This document shows, one piece after another, positions 12,935 through 25,900 of a stretch of 64,000 nt of DNA (positions are counted from its first letter, which is position 1; each line of letters opens with the position of its first letter). The stretch spans positions 51,708,001 to 51,772,000 of the forward strand of contig OY740791.1 in NCBI GenBank assembly GCA_963514005.1, read 5' to 3'. The notes below the pieces were generated by a model. The model saw only the letters and a program-made list of their open reading frames with translations. It was not told the DNA's origin and made no database searches. The position numbers and the translations under genes are program-made. The stretch is from Raja brachyura. Taxonomy: Eukaryota.

Positions 12935-14257
12935 GGGAACGGGGGTCAAATAAGATGGAGAAACTGAGTGAAATCCAGGTTAGCCGGGAGGTGGTGTTGG
13001 GTAAATTGAACAGATTGAAGGCCGATAAATCCCCAGCGCCAGATAGTCTGCATCCCAGAGTACTCAAGGAGGTTGCCACAGAAATTGTGGATGCATTAGT
13101 GATAATTTTTCAAAATTCCTTAGATTCTGGAGTAGTTCCTGAGGATTGGAGGGTAGCTAATGCAATCCCACTTTTATAAAAAGGAGGGAGAGAGAAAGCG
13201 GGGAATTACAGACCAGTTAGTCTAACATCGGTAGTGGGGAAACTGCTAGTCATTTATTAAAGTTGGGAGTGCAGCGCATTTGGAAAGTGGTGAAATCATT
13301 GGACAAAGTCAGCATGGATTTATGAAAGGTAAATCATGTCTGACAAATGTGATAGAATTTTTCGAGTATGTAACTAGTAGAGTGGATAAGGGAGAACCAG
13401 TGGATGTGTTATATCTAGACTTTCAGAAGGCTTTCGACAAGATCCCGCATAAGAGATTAGCATACAAACTTACAGCACACGGTATTGAGGGTTCAGTATT
13501 GATGTGGATAGAGAACTGGCTAGCAGACAGGAAGCAAAGGGTAGGAGTAAACGGGTCCTTTTCAGAATGGCAGGCAGTGACTAGTGGGGTACCGCAAGGC
13601 TCAGTGCTGGGACCCCAGCTATTAACAATATATATTAATGATTTGGACGAGGGCATGCAATGTAACATCTCCAAATTTGCGGATGACACCAAGCTGGGGG
13701 GTATAGTTAGGTGTGAGGAGGATGCTTAGAGGCTGCAGGGTGATTTGGATAGGCTGAGTGAATGGGCAGATGCATGGCAGATGCAGTATATTGTGGATAA
13801 ATGTGAGGTTATCCACTTTAGTGGCAAAAACATGAGGGTAGACTATTATCTGAATGGTGGCCGATTAGGAAAAGGGGAGATGCAACGAGACCGGGGTGTC
13901 ATGGTACACCAGTCATTGAAAGTAGGCATGCAGGTGCAGCAGGCAGTGAAGAAAGCAAATGGTATGTTAGCATTCATAGCGAAAGGATTTTTTAGTATAG
14001 GAGCAGGGAGGTTCTACTGCAGTTGTACAGGGTTTTGGTGAGGCCACACCGGGAGTATTGCGTACAGTTTTGGTCTCCAAATCTGAGGAAAGACATTCTT
14101 GCCATAGAGTGGGTACAGACAAGATTCACCAGACTGATTCCTGGGATGTCAGGACTTTCCTCTGAGGAAAGATTGGATAGACTCGGCTTGTACTCGCTGG
14201 AATTTAGAAGATTGAGGGGGGATCTTATAGAAACTTACAAAATTCTTAAGGGGTTGG
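12935..14257 (+). mobile_element. CR1 LINE RT fragment
   Basis: [39 protein letters not shown], with stops and frameshifts. Confidence 0.92.
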
Positions 14258-15019
14258 GCACAAACTCCATTGTCAAATTTGCAGATGACACCTCCATAGT
14301 GAGCCAGATCTCCATCCCCTCTATCACAGCCTCTCCACCCCCTCCTTTCCACAAAGCAACATTTCCCTCTCAGTCCTGATGCAGGGTCTCAACCCAAAAA
14401 TTCAACGTAAACCTTTTTGCCTCTGCCAAGTTTTTACAGACTTTGTTTTTTGATCCAGATTCCAATATCTACAGTCACTTCTGCCTTCATCGCCGAGATA
14501 TTGTTGTTTCTGAGACCCGAAATGACTGAAACCAAAATCAGGCCACTACAAGACCGAGCGCTGATTTCCTGCACAAACCGAGGTCAGACTCACCACAGAT
14601 AAAGCAGCCTCCCTCGGAGGAAGTCCTGAGCCTTGTTGGCTCGGCAGAGAACTCCCTGTCAAAGGCACCACCGCTCCCCCTCAGGATGTGGTGCGGGACC
14701 GCACTGCTCAGTGTGGACAATACGTGCTGGAAGCAATGATGGGCTGGAGGGGCAGCCCCGGGGAGAAGCAACAGCTGAGCAACATTGGATGCCGGAAACC
14801 ACTGGGTGAGGGTGAAGGCATCAACAGATGCCCCAAAGCTGAGACTGACAAGCCGTTTCAGCAGGTGAGCTGACATCACCTTAATTCGGCCTAATTATGG
14901 GCCTGTCTCACAGTCGATTTTTCAGCGGACTGCCGGCGACTGTCAAGTTGCCAGTAGTCGCTTGAAAAACCTGGATATGGAACGGCGACTGTCAGGGTGG
15001 AACACACACACACACACAC

Positions 15020-15288
15020 AATCTCCAGACTTACGAGTGGTGTGTGGAAAAGTAAGTTTTCTCTCATTATGCTATTGAGATGTATATTTTGGCAAATAAT
15101 AAAATGTCAGCTTAAGCCCCCACTCCATTTCAAAGATATTGTCAATTTGCTGAGATTGATTATGTCCAATTAACAGCTAACAAATATGCAAATTGTGCCA
15201 CTCCTAGGCTTGCATCTGAGTTAAATGTAATTCAAACCCCACGTGTGGTTTGCGATTTTTCCACACACCACTCGTAAGTCTGGAGATT
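15020..15288. mobile_element. MITE-like element with 32-bp perfect terminal inverted repeats
   Basis: aatctccagacttacgagtggtgtgtggaaaa (15020-15051) and its exact reverse complement (15257-15288). Confidence 0.8.
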
Positions 15289-15289
15289 C

Positions 15290-15782
15290 TTTTAATGATA
15301 AATTTAGCTTCAGAAGTGTTTTCTTTTTGCATGCAAAAACTCACTTGAGAACCATGGGCGATTTAAACATTTTCCAGCCATATCAATCACTTTTTAGATA
15401 CAAATCAAGAAAAAACACAAACAATGCCTTAATTTTTATGAAATGGAGTGAGCAAACGCGATAATATCAATCTTGATATCTGCACGGCCATTGTTCGCCA
15501 ACCACTTTAGCTTTTGTTGTCCCTTCAGCTGTCGTTTCTCTCCACCGTCAGTTCTTCTCACTTTTGGAATTCTGAAGTAGGATAGATGTCTCTCATGGTT
15601 ACCCTGATTTTCACAATTATTTACAGCGCAAACATTGACCATTTTGGCAGTTTTTAAGAGGTAAGAAGGTAAGCGTTTTGTGTATAAACAGTGTATGTCG
15701 GAAGCTGCGATGTCCTCCACATGGATTGAGCTGCTCCATGCTCACGCCCTTTGACCCGATGACCTTATGTGCAACCCCCCTA
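15290..15782 (-). mobile_element. DNA transposon remnant with frameshifted THAP zinc-finger domain
   Basis: MVNVCAVNNCEN...SYFRIPK...KWLAN..R, then after a frameshift YRVCSLHF (C2CH THAP signature). Confidence 0.75.
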
Positions 15783-17089
15783 TTTTCACTTACCCCTCTC
15801 ACCTGAAACGTATGTCCCTCTAATCTGTGTAAAATACCGTGCGTCTACCCTTTCTATTCACCTCACGATCTTACACACGGATAAGATCACCCGTCACTTC
15901 CTGCGCTCCAAGGAATAAAGTTATAGCCTGCCCAGCCGCTACCTATAACACAGGCCTTCGCGTATTGGAACATCCTCGTAAATCATCTCTGCACTCTTCC
16001 CAGCTTAACAAAATCTATCCTGTAGCAAGGTGACCAAAACGGAGCAAAATGCTCCAAATGTGGCCTCACCAACATCTCATACACCTGTAACTAACATCCA
16101 ACTTCTATGCTCAATTCCCTAACCATGTACCTGCACTCCTGCTCTTCAACCACCTGAGACTTACCATTGCCCTGGTTTGACTTACCAAATGCAGCACCTT
16201 ACACTTATCTGCATTAACCTCTTCAGTGCCACACCTGAGGATACTCCAGTCATGGCCAGTAGTGCAAGAAAAAAAACTTGGCAGTGAACAGATTAAACTC
16301 CATTAACCATTTCTCAGTCACTTTCCCAAATGATCCTGCTGTAATTTTGATAACCACATTCGCTATCTATAATACCACCCAATTCAGTGTCATCTACAAA
16401 TTTACTAGTCGTGCCATATACATTCTCATCCGAATTATTGATGTTAACCACAGGCAGCAACTGATACCTGAGGCACACCATTAGTCACAGGCCTCCAGTC
16501 TGAAAAACAACTTTCCACCATCACCCTTTACTTCCTTCCATGATGCCAATTTTGTATCCCCTAACTTAATTTTGCACCAGCTAAACTCTCCCAGGACCCC
16601 ATGCCATCTAACAATGCAAAGGATGAGGTTGCATTTGTAAGAAGACTCCTGAAATCGCCAGCCTGTTCTGGTGAGTTCCTCCTGTAATTCTGTTTAATTT
16701 CCTCAACTTCACAATGCGTGAGGTCCCTGACCAATTAAAGTCCCCGGCATGGAGGTCAGAGTGTGGGCTCCGTGTGGAGAATTTATAACCCTTAAAATGA
16801 CCAGATTACCTGATCCTTGTTACGTGTCAGTTTGTGGGCGCCTACCTTGCAGTTACGATGTCCTGTTTCCCAAACTACAATAGTGACTGTTCTTCATATG
16901 TGATTCACTGGTTAAAAACACATTGGAAGACACAAGATATAGAAACGCAAGTCTTTGCTGGTACTGGGATATTCCGCGTTGACAGCTTTGTTTTATTTGA
17001 CACATTGTTTTATACCTGTTGCTGTCACTGGGTGGAGCCATAGAGCTACAGTTATGCTGGTGATTGAATCCAGCTTGTCTCTCTGTAGA

Positions 17090-18200
17090 CGCAAGGAACG
17101 GCAGCTGCTGGTTTATAAAAAAGGACAGAGTGCTGGAGTAACTCAACGGATCAGGCATAATCTCTTGGATAGGCAATGTTTTGGGTCCAGACACTTCTTA
17201 TTACTGATTATAGTAGGGGAGAAAGCTGGGAGAGGTGGGGTGGGACAAAGCCTGGCAAGTGCTACCGGATGCAGGCGATGGGGGTTTGGTTGGCAAATGA
17301 TTCAACAAATTCCAGTGCTGAAAAGACAAAAGGAAATGAGATAAGGAATACGGATAGAGGCATGCAATGTGATATAGGTGGAAGGAAGCAGGGGAAGGGA
17401 GAATGTTGGGGGTGGAGAATGTAAAAGAAATGGGTGCACATCCAGGTAAGATACAAGGAAGAGAGGGAGCGATTGCACTTATTTATTGATTAATTAATTG
17501 AAATTGGAGGATTCACTGTTCACATCATTGCGTTTTTAAGCTACCCAAGTGGAATATGAGGTGCTGTTCCTCCAGAATTTGTGTTGCTTCAGTCTGCCAA
17601 AGAAAGAGGTGTAAAACAGAAAGGTTGAAATTGGAATGGGAAGGGGAGTTCCAATGGTTGGCAACCGGGAGATTCAGCAGGGCTTGATGGACCGAATGCA
17701 AGTGTTCAGCAAAACGGTTGCCAAGTCTATGCTTGCCAATGTAAAGGAGGACACATTGGGAGCAACAAATGCAATAAATGAGTTTGGAGGATGTGCATGT
17801 GAACCTGTGCCTCAGCTGGAGGGGCAATTGGGATCCCTGGATGGAAGTGGGGGAGGAGGTGAAGAGACAGGTGTTACATCCCCAGTGTTTCGAGGGAAGG
17901 TACATGGGTGGTTTGGGTGGGAAGGGATGAGTGTACAAAGGGTTTTTGGAGAGATTGGTCACTGTAGAAAGCTGAAAGAGATGGAGCTGGGAAAATGTGA
18001 CTGGTGGTGGGATTACATTGAAGGTGACAAAAATGTCTGAATAATGAGTTGGATGCAGAGGCTGGTGGAGTGAAAGGTAAAGACCAGGTAACTCTATCCT
18101 GGTTCCATCTGAGCAGAGCGGGAGTGCAGAACTACAGGACACAGAGGAGATGTGTGTGAAGATTCCATCTACACAGCAGGAGGCCAAAGAATGGAGATCG
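17090..18200 (-). mobile_element. Penelope-like element fragment (GIY-YIG endonuclease)
   Basis: CNTC...FTCTSSKLIYCICCSQCVLLYIG...RFAEH...PVANHWNSPSHS. Confidence 0.85.
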
Positions 18201-18217
18201 AAATAGAGATGTCTCAT

Positions 18218-18915
18218 TACAATAGACAATAGACAATAGGTGCAGGAGGCCATTTGGCCCTTCGAGCCAGCACCGCCATTCAATATGATCATGACTGATC
18301 ATCCAGAATCAGTACTCCGTTCCTGCCTTCTTGCCATATCCCATGACTCTGCTGTCTTTAAGAGCTCTATCTAACTCTCTCTTGAAAGCATCCAGAGAAT
18401 TGGCCTCCACTGCCTTCTGAGGCAGAGAATTCCACAGATTCACAATTCTCTGTGTGAAAAAGTCTTTCCTCATCTCCGTTCTTATTGGCTTGCCCCTTGT
18501 TCTTAAACTGTGGCCACTGGTTCTGGACTCCCCCAACATCTGGAACATGTTTCCTGCATCTAGTGTGTCCAAACCGTTAATAATCTTATATGTTTCAATA
18601 AGATCCCCTCTCATCCTTCTAAATTCCAGAGTGTACAAGCCCAGCCACTCCATTCTATCAACAAATGATAGTCCCACCCTCCTGGGAATTAATCTTGTGA
18701 ACCTATGCTGCACTCCCTCAATAGCAAGAATGTCCTTCCTCAAATTTGGAGACCAAAACAGCACACAATACTCCAGGTGTGGTCTCACTAGGGCCCTGTA
18801 CAACTGCAGAAGGACCGCTTTGCTCCTATACTCAACTCCTCTTGTTATGAAGACGAAATGCCATTTGCTTTCTTCACTGCCTGCTGTACCTGCATGCTTA
18901 CGTTCAGTGACTGAT
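18218..18915 (-). mobile_element. CR1 LINE 3' fragment
   Basis: LYRALVRPHLEYC...RRMRGDLIE...FFTQRIVNLWNSLP and an (acaatag)n tail. Confidence 0.92.
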
Positions 18916-19944
18916 AAACAAACCTTCCTGGTCAGATGATGAAAAGTGAGAAGCTGGCCACAAGACTGAAAGTTAGATTGAGAATAATCGCAAGTTTTCC
19001 TGAGCTGTGTTGTCATGTTGATTGATTTCATCCAGTAGATGGGTTGTTGCTCTAGTTTCCAGTGTCTGCAATCTCTCCGAATCCAGGAGTTGTGCTCTGA
19101 TCCATTGTCTTGCAGACCTTCCAGTGATTGTTCAGAAGAATTGATTCGAGGGGAATGAGAAATGCACCCACCCAATTACTGCAAAATTATTTCACAGCAA
19201 TATAACAGGATTTACATGTATCACCCAAGGTTGAAAGATTCTGTCCATGCAGAGCTAATCAATGATTCACAGTAACAGCAATATTAGGAAAGTGATTTTA
19301 TAGCAATTAATGAATGAGGTTGTGTTTTCGTCAGAATCACACCAGTCATAGTTTTCAACATCGAGGTTTCTGCACATATTAATGTCTCAGTACTCAATAG
19401 AAGACTTGGCCTGTCTCTACTTAGGCTGAATTTTGTGATATTCTAGTTTTAACTGGTGTCGAGCAATTTCAATAAAATTAATATAATAATGGATGTGTTG
19501 ATACCTTTCCTCTCTCCCCCTCTGTGCCAAGACAAGTTACTCAAATCACCCTTGGGGACATTCTCTGATAATCCCATGAGGTACAAACGTTTGTAAAAGA
19601 TCAGTTCACCCTTCCCAACTGGAGTGGTCTTGTAGCTGAGGTAAGGTAAATCCTGAGTGGATGTTATCAGCTCAAAATTCAGCTCAACTCTTCCTTCTCC
19701 TGTTTCCCTGGGTATGATAGTTGTCCCTTTGGTCCTGTCTGAGTTTCACGTCGTCTTCCGTGCAACCTCATCCCAATACCGTTCAGCTCCTTCCTGAGCG
19801 ATCTCTGCGAAGGTACCAGCCTGCAGCAGCATAACCTTCCACAACCTCCCCTCAGTACCCTCTCAGTCCCACAAATGGTCACAAAGCCACAAGTGACCTG
19901 GGACGGGGCAACCTCTTTACAGCCATGTGACCAACACCATCTAC

Positions 19945-20561
19945 TTTAGTTTAGTTTAGAGTTTCAGCGCTGAAACAGGCCCTTCGCCCCACCAAGTCCA
20001 TGCCTCCCAGTAATCCTCGCAGATTAACACTATCCTACACTAGGGGTAATTTACACATAAACCAAGCTAATTAACCTGCATACCAGGGCATCTTTGGAGT
20101 AAAAACATAGAAATTAGGTGCAGGAGTAGGCCATTCAGCCCTTCGAGCCTGCACCGCCATTCAATATGATCATGGCTGATCCCCTTAGCCACAAGGGCCA
20201 CATCTAACTCCCTCTTAAATATAGCCAATGAACTGGCCTCAACTACCCTCTGTGGCAGAGAGTTCCAGAGACTCTGTGTGAAAAAAGTATTTCTCATCTC
20301 GGTCTTAAAGGATTTCCCCTTATCCTTAAGCTGTGACCCCCTTGTCCTGGACTTCCCCAACATCTGGTATAATCTTCCTGCATCTAGCCTGTCCAACCCC
20401 TTAAGAATTTTGTAAGTGTGGGAGGAAACTGCAGATCTCGGAGAAAACTGACCGGGTCACAGGGAGAACGTACAATCTCCGTACAGTCAGCACCCATAGT
20501 CAGGATGATCGAACCCGGGAACCCAAGTGCTGTAAGGCAGCAACTCTACCTCTGCGCCACC
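19945..20561 (-). mobile_element. HE1-like SINE interrupted by a CR1 3' fragment (~20103-20416)
   Basis: SINE halves flank a CR1 tail fragment. Confidence 0.7.
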
Positions 20562-21529
20562 ATGGCTCACATGCCAGAGGAGTTGACAGAGAAACTGGAT
20601 GTTTCACTGACCTATCTGCGTCTGTTTTGTGTTTGCCTTTAATCCTTTAGTCCAGGAGATTCGGGTTCCTCTGGAAGCTCCTGATGCTCTGCATCAGTGT
20701 CTGTAGACAACAGATTACAATGGAAGACCATCGATAGGTTGCACAGCTGACTGAACTGATTCCTCTCAGTTAGAACGACCACACCTGATGTTCTCTGTGA
20801 TCGTTTTGAGTGGGCATGGGTAGTTGCCACTCAGACCAAAGTGCTGCCTGGACCTTCTCACAGGAGGACTGGGATCACCTGATCTGGTTGGTCAGCACTT
20901 CATTTAGTATATGGTGTTTGGTGGGCTGGGACTGGGTCAGTTGGTTTGCGGTCATAGAACATGGAACAATACAGCTCAGAAACATGCACTTCAGCCCCCA
21001 ATGCCTGTGCCAAACATGATGCCTGGACCAACCCTTATCTGTCTGCACACAATCCATATCCCTTCATTGCCCACATATCCATGTGCCTATCCAAAAGTAT
21101 TTTAAATCCCACCTGTTGCATCTGCTTCACCACCACCCAGGCAGCGTGTTCTAGGGAGTCACCCCACTTGTGTAAATCGTTGTCCCATACATCTCCTTTA
21201 AACTTTGCCCCTGTCAAATTAAAGTTACTCCCTCTTGCACTTGATGTTTCAATGCTGGCTTCAAGATCTGATTGTCTACCGTCCTCCATTTTCTTTTCAT
21301 CATTCGCGTTCACAACAAAAATGATACCTGTGGCCATATTTAGAGCTCTTCCAAACCCTGAGCCCCTGCCTAGCTCTTCCCCCAGCTGCCATCTTAGTAA
21401 CACCCCCTTCCCCTCCCCTCCTCACCTCACAGCTTCCCTTTAAATTTCTCTGGAGCTTTGGATTGATTTTATCAGCCTGCCACTTGAGCACGGCTACCTT
21501 CCTTAACTCTGATTACCCATTGCTATCAT

Positions 21530-21940
21530 TACATAGAAACATAGAAAATAGGTGCAGGAGGCCATTTGGCCGTTCCAGCCAGCACAGCCATTAATTGTGA
21601 TCATGGCTGATCGTCCCCAATCAATAACCCGTGCCTGCCTTCTCCCCATATCCCTTGATTCCACTAGCCCCCAGAGCTCTATCTAACCATCTCTTAAATC
21701 CATCCAGTGACTTGCCTCCACTGCGCTCTGTGGCAGGGAATTCTACAAATTCACAACTCTCTGGGTGAAAATGTTTTTTCTCACCTCAGTCTTAAATGGC
21801 TTCCCTTTATTCTAAGACTGTGGCCCCTGGTTCTGGACTCGCCCAACATTGGGAACATTTTTCCGGCATCTAGCTGTCCAGTCCTTTTATAATTTTATAT
21901 GTTTCTATAAGATAGCCCCTCATCCTTATAAACTCCAGTG
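21530..21940 (-). mobile_element. CR1 3' fragment
   Basis: (acatagaa)n tail plus conserved CR1 3' end. Confidence 0.8.
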
Positions 21941-22929
21941 AATTACTATTGGGAACAAAATCCAGAATGGCAACGTGTGATATTGGGGTCTGGAGTTGGT
22001 GATAGAGATGAGCTCCTGCAATGGTAGGGTAACAATACCATCTCTGCTGCATGGGAAACACAGTTGAGATTGCCACAGCCACAAGCTGACCAGACCACAT
22101 TGAAAAGCTGAATACAGATGTCAAAACAGTTTTAAGTAAACCGGTGCTGATTTGTAAATCATTCATCAGGAATTGCATTGTTCCATTTAAAGCTTTGTGC
22201 AATGTTTAATCAGAGCAAGTACAGAATATAAAAGCTATTTAGCTGTTTTCTAAGCTGTTCGAAAATAAAGAATTCAGTTCCTAAAAATTCTACATACTAC
22301 ATTTCCATCTCAGGGAGAGAATGTATTTTTCTTTTAAATCATATTTTTGTTCATGGTATTTGTGCAAAGATTACAAGCACTCAACACCCTCATCTAAAAT
22401 AGTTGCCCCGTGCATCTCCTTTAGCTTTGCCGAACATGATGCCAGGACCAACCCTTACCAGCCTGCACATAATACATATCCCTCCATATTCATTTGCATA
22501 TCCAAAAGTATTTTCTATGTCACTAATGGATCTGCCTCCATCACCAACCTGGGCAGTGCATTCTATGCATTCACCATTATTGTGTAAAAAGTATCTCCTT
22601 TAAACTATGACCCCAGCCCCCTCCCCACCCACCCCCAAATGCATGTTCAAGCTATGCCTTGTAGTAATTGATATTTCCATCGTAGGAAAAAGGTTTGGAC
22701 TGCCTACCCAGTCTTTGCCTTTGGAATGTTTGCATTCACATCTAAAATGATTCCTCTAAAATGCCATATTTACACCTCTCCCCACTCTCTATGCTCTGAG
22801 CCCCAGCCTGGCATTTCCCCCAATTCAAAAGATAAAAGCTACAGCAGTTGGAAAGTAAAACATTCAGTTCACAAAAAAGCTTCATTCTACATTTCCATCT
22901 CAGGGAGTGGAACATTTTTTTCTTTTCAT

Positions 22930-22998
22930 TCACATTTTTGTTTGTGCTATTTGTGCATAGATGACAGATGAATCATCATTCCTTGAAGGAGCCAGGTA
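22930..22998 (-). CDS. Terminal coding exon with ITIM (YLAPSRNDDSSVIYAQIAQTKM*)
   Basis: Acceptor ttttctcttttag; VxYxxI motif near the C-terminus; TGA stop. Confidence 0.8.
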   Translation of the reverse strand, partial: YLAPSRNDDSSVIYAQIAQTKM

Positions 22999-25900
22999 CT
23001 AAAAGAGAAAATAATCACGTTAATACAATTAGTTGGAGTATATTCTTATATCAGCGAAACTTTGCAGAAGCTTCCAGAAATTGAGAATGCGCTACTTGAT
23101 ATTTCGCCACAAGGAATGAATGTACTGACCATATCTGTCTCTTGGTTGGAGGGTGATGTTCCATCACGGCACCCTGCGATAGTTGGAAACATCAATTAAA
23201 GGATGACACTGGTGGATCACACTGACAAAGGATGTGATGATGGAATACAAATGTCTGAAACGTACAGCTTTTCACTTCATGATAAAGGATCAGCAAGACA
23301 TTGATGTCCAGAAATCTCAATTGCAATCTCTCGTTGTGACATCAGCTCTGATGTCAGTGCTCAGATCTCTGGAGGGGTCCTGAATCCACTCAGAGAAAGT
23401 TGGAGTATCAACGGAGTCTCAGCTGACTGTCTTAAAATGTCAATGGGCAGCGTGAGGGGCATTGGCCCAGGATGCCTCATGACCAGGATGCCCAAGTAGT
23501 CAAGATTTCAGACCCAATGCCACAATCTTCAACTTGATTAAACAACTATAAAATGATTTTTAAAATGAAAAAGAGTGATTTACCAGTTTGTGCTTTATTC
23601 TGGAAGATGATAGATCCATAATGAATATCATCTGTGTCTGTAAAGAATAAAATGTTGAACCTATTTATATAAATGTCAAGGCTTTAGTTTAGTTTACTTT
23701 ATTATTGTCGTGTCTACCGAAGTACAGTGATCAGATATTTTTTTGTGTGCTATCCATCCAAGGAAAAGGCTATACATGACTACAATCAAGCTGTCGACAT
23801 TGCAGATAAAGGGTAACAGGTGCAACATTTAGTTATATATATAATATTGAAGTTCAATAAAGTCTGATTAAAGAACGCAAAATAAGAACAAGATTGCTTC
23901 TAAATTAAATTAACATCCAATAATGTTCCACCAAATTCCACCATCAAGTCTACGTCATCATTCAATTGTGCTGATCTATCTTTCCCTCTCAACCCCATTC
24001 ACCTATCTTCATCCATTACCCCTGGCATCTTTACTAATCAAGAATGTGTCAATCTCCACATTAAAAAAATCTATTGCCCTCCACATATCTATTGGCCTCC
24101 TTTATAAAATAATGTTAATTTATTCTGAGGCTATGGCCTCTGGTCCAAGACTCTCCCACTAGTGGAAATGTCCACTCCACATTCACGCTATCCAGGCATT
24201 TCACTATTTGGTATGTTTCAAGGAAGTCCCACCTCATCCTTCTAAACTGCAGCGAGTACAGGCCCATTGCCTACAAACACACATCATATGTTAAACCTGC
24301 CATTCCCAGGAACATTCTCGTAAACCTCCTCTGGATCCTCTCCAACGGCAGCACATCCGTCCTCAGATATGGAGCCCCAAACTGTTCACAATACTCCAAA
24401 CGTGGTCTGACCGACCAGTGCCTTATAAAGGCTCAGCATTATATCCCTGTTTTTGATTTCTAGCCCTCTAAAAATAAATGCTGGTATTACATTCACCTTC
24501 CTTACGACCAATTTCACTTGCAAATTAACTTTTTGGTAATCCTGCACCAGCACTCCCAAGTCCCTTTGCACCTCTAATTTCTGAATTCTCTACCCATGCC
24601 TTTATTTTTACTAACAAAATGCATGACTCCACAATTTGCTACGCTGTATTCCATCTGTCACTTCTCAGCTCACTATCCCAACCGTCCAAGTCCTTCTGCA
24701 GAGTCCCTGCTTTCTCTACACTACCTGCCCCTCCAATTATTTTTGTATCATCCACAAACTTGGCCCCCTCATCCAAATTATTAATATATAATGTGAAGAG
24801 TAGCGGCCCAAGCACTGACCTCTGAAAAACTCCGCTAGTTACTGGCAGCCAACCAGAAAAAACATTTCTTGCCACTCTGCCTTCTACCATCCAGCCAACC
24901 CGCAATCCATACTCGTATCTGGCTTTTGATACCACGGGCTCATATCTTCCTTAGCAGCCTCACAATAGACAATAGACAATAGGTGCAGGAGCCCTTCGAG
25001 CCAGCACCACCATTCAATGTGATCATGGCTGATTATCCACAACCAGTACCCCATTCTTGCCTTCTCCCCATATCCACTGACTCCGCTATCTCTAAGAGCC
25101 CTATCTAGCCCTATCTAGCTCTCTCTTGAAAGTATTCAGAGAAACGGCCTCCCCCGCCCTCTGAAACAGAGAATTCCACAGACTCACAACTCCATGTCCA
25201 CTCATCGGTACTTCGGGCTCTCGTGGATATTTTTCAACATGTTTTAGCGAGTCTTCCCGAGTGCCTGCCATCAGCGTAACGAGCTGCTAAGAGACGTCCC
25301 CGAGCTCCGACATACCCGCTACGTTAATTCTCCGTGCATACCACAAGTTTGATTTTTTTTTAACTCGGGAGAACTGTTGGAATAAACTCATACCGTGGGA
25401 CAGGTCTTTTATTCTTAAACTCTGGCCCCGGTTCTGGACTCCCCCAACATCGGGAACATGTTTCCTCCATCAAGTGTGTCCAACCCTCAATAATCTTATA
25501 TGTTTCTATAAGATCCCCTCATCCGTCTAAATTCCAGAGTATACAAGCCCAGCAGCTCCATTCTTTCAGCATATGACAGTCCCGCCATCCCGGGAATTAA
25601 CCTTGTGAACCTACTCTGCACTCCCTCAATAGCAAGAATGTATTTCCTCACATTTGGAGACCAAAACTGCACACAATACTCCAGGTGTGGTCTCACTAGG
25701 GCCCTGTACTACTGCAGAAAGACCTCTTTGCTCCTATACCCTTGTTATGAAAGGCAACATGCCATTCGCTTTCTTCACAGCCTGCTATACCTGCATGTTT
25801 ACTTTCATTGACTGATGATCAAGGACCCCCAGATCCTGTTGTACTTCCCCTTTCCCCAACATGACACCATTTAGATAATAAGAATCTGCCTTCCTGTTTT

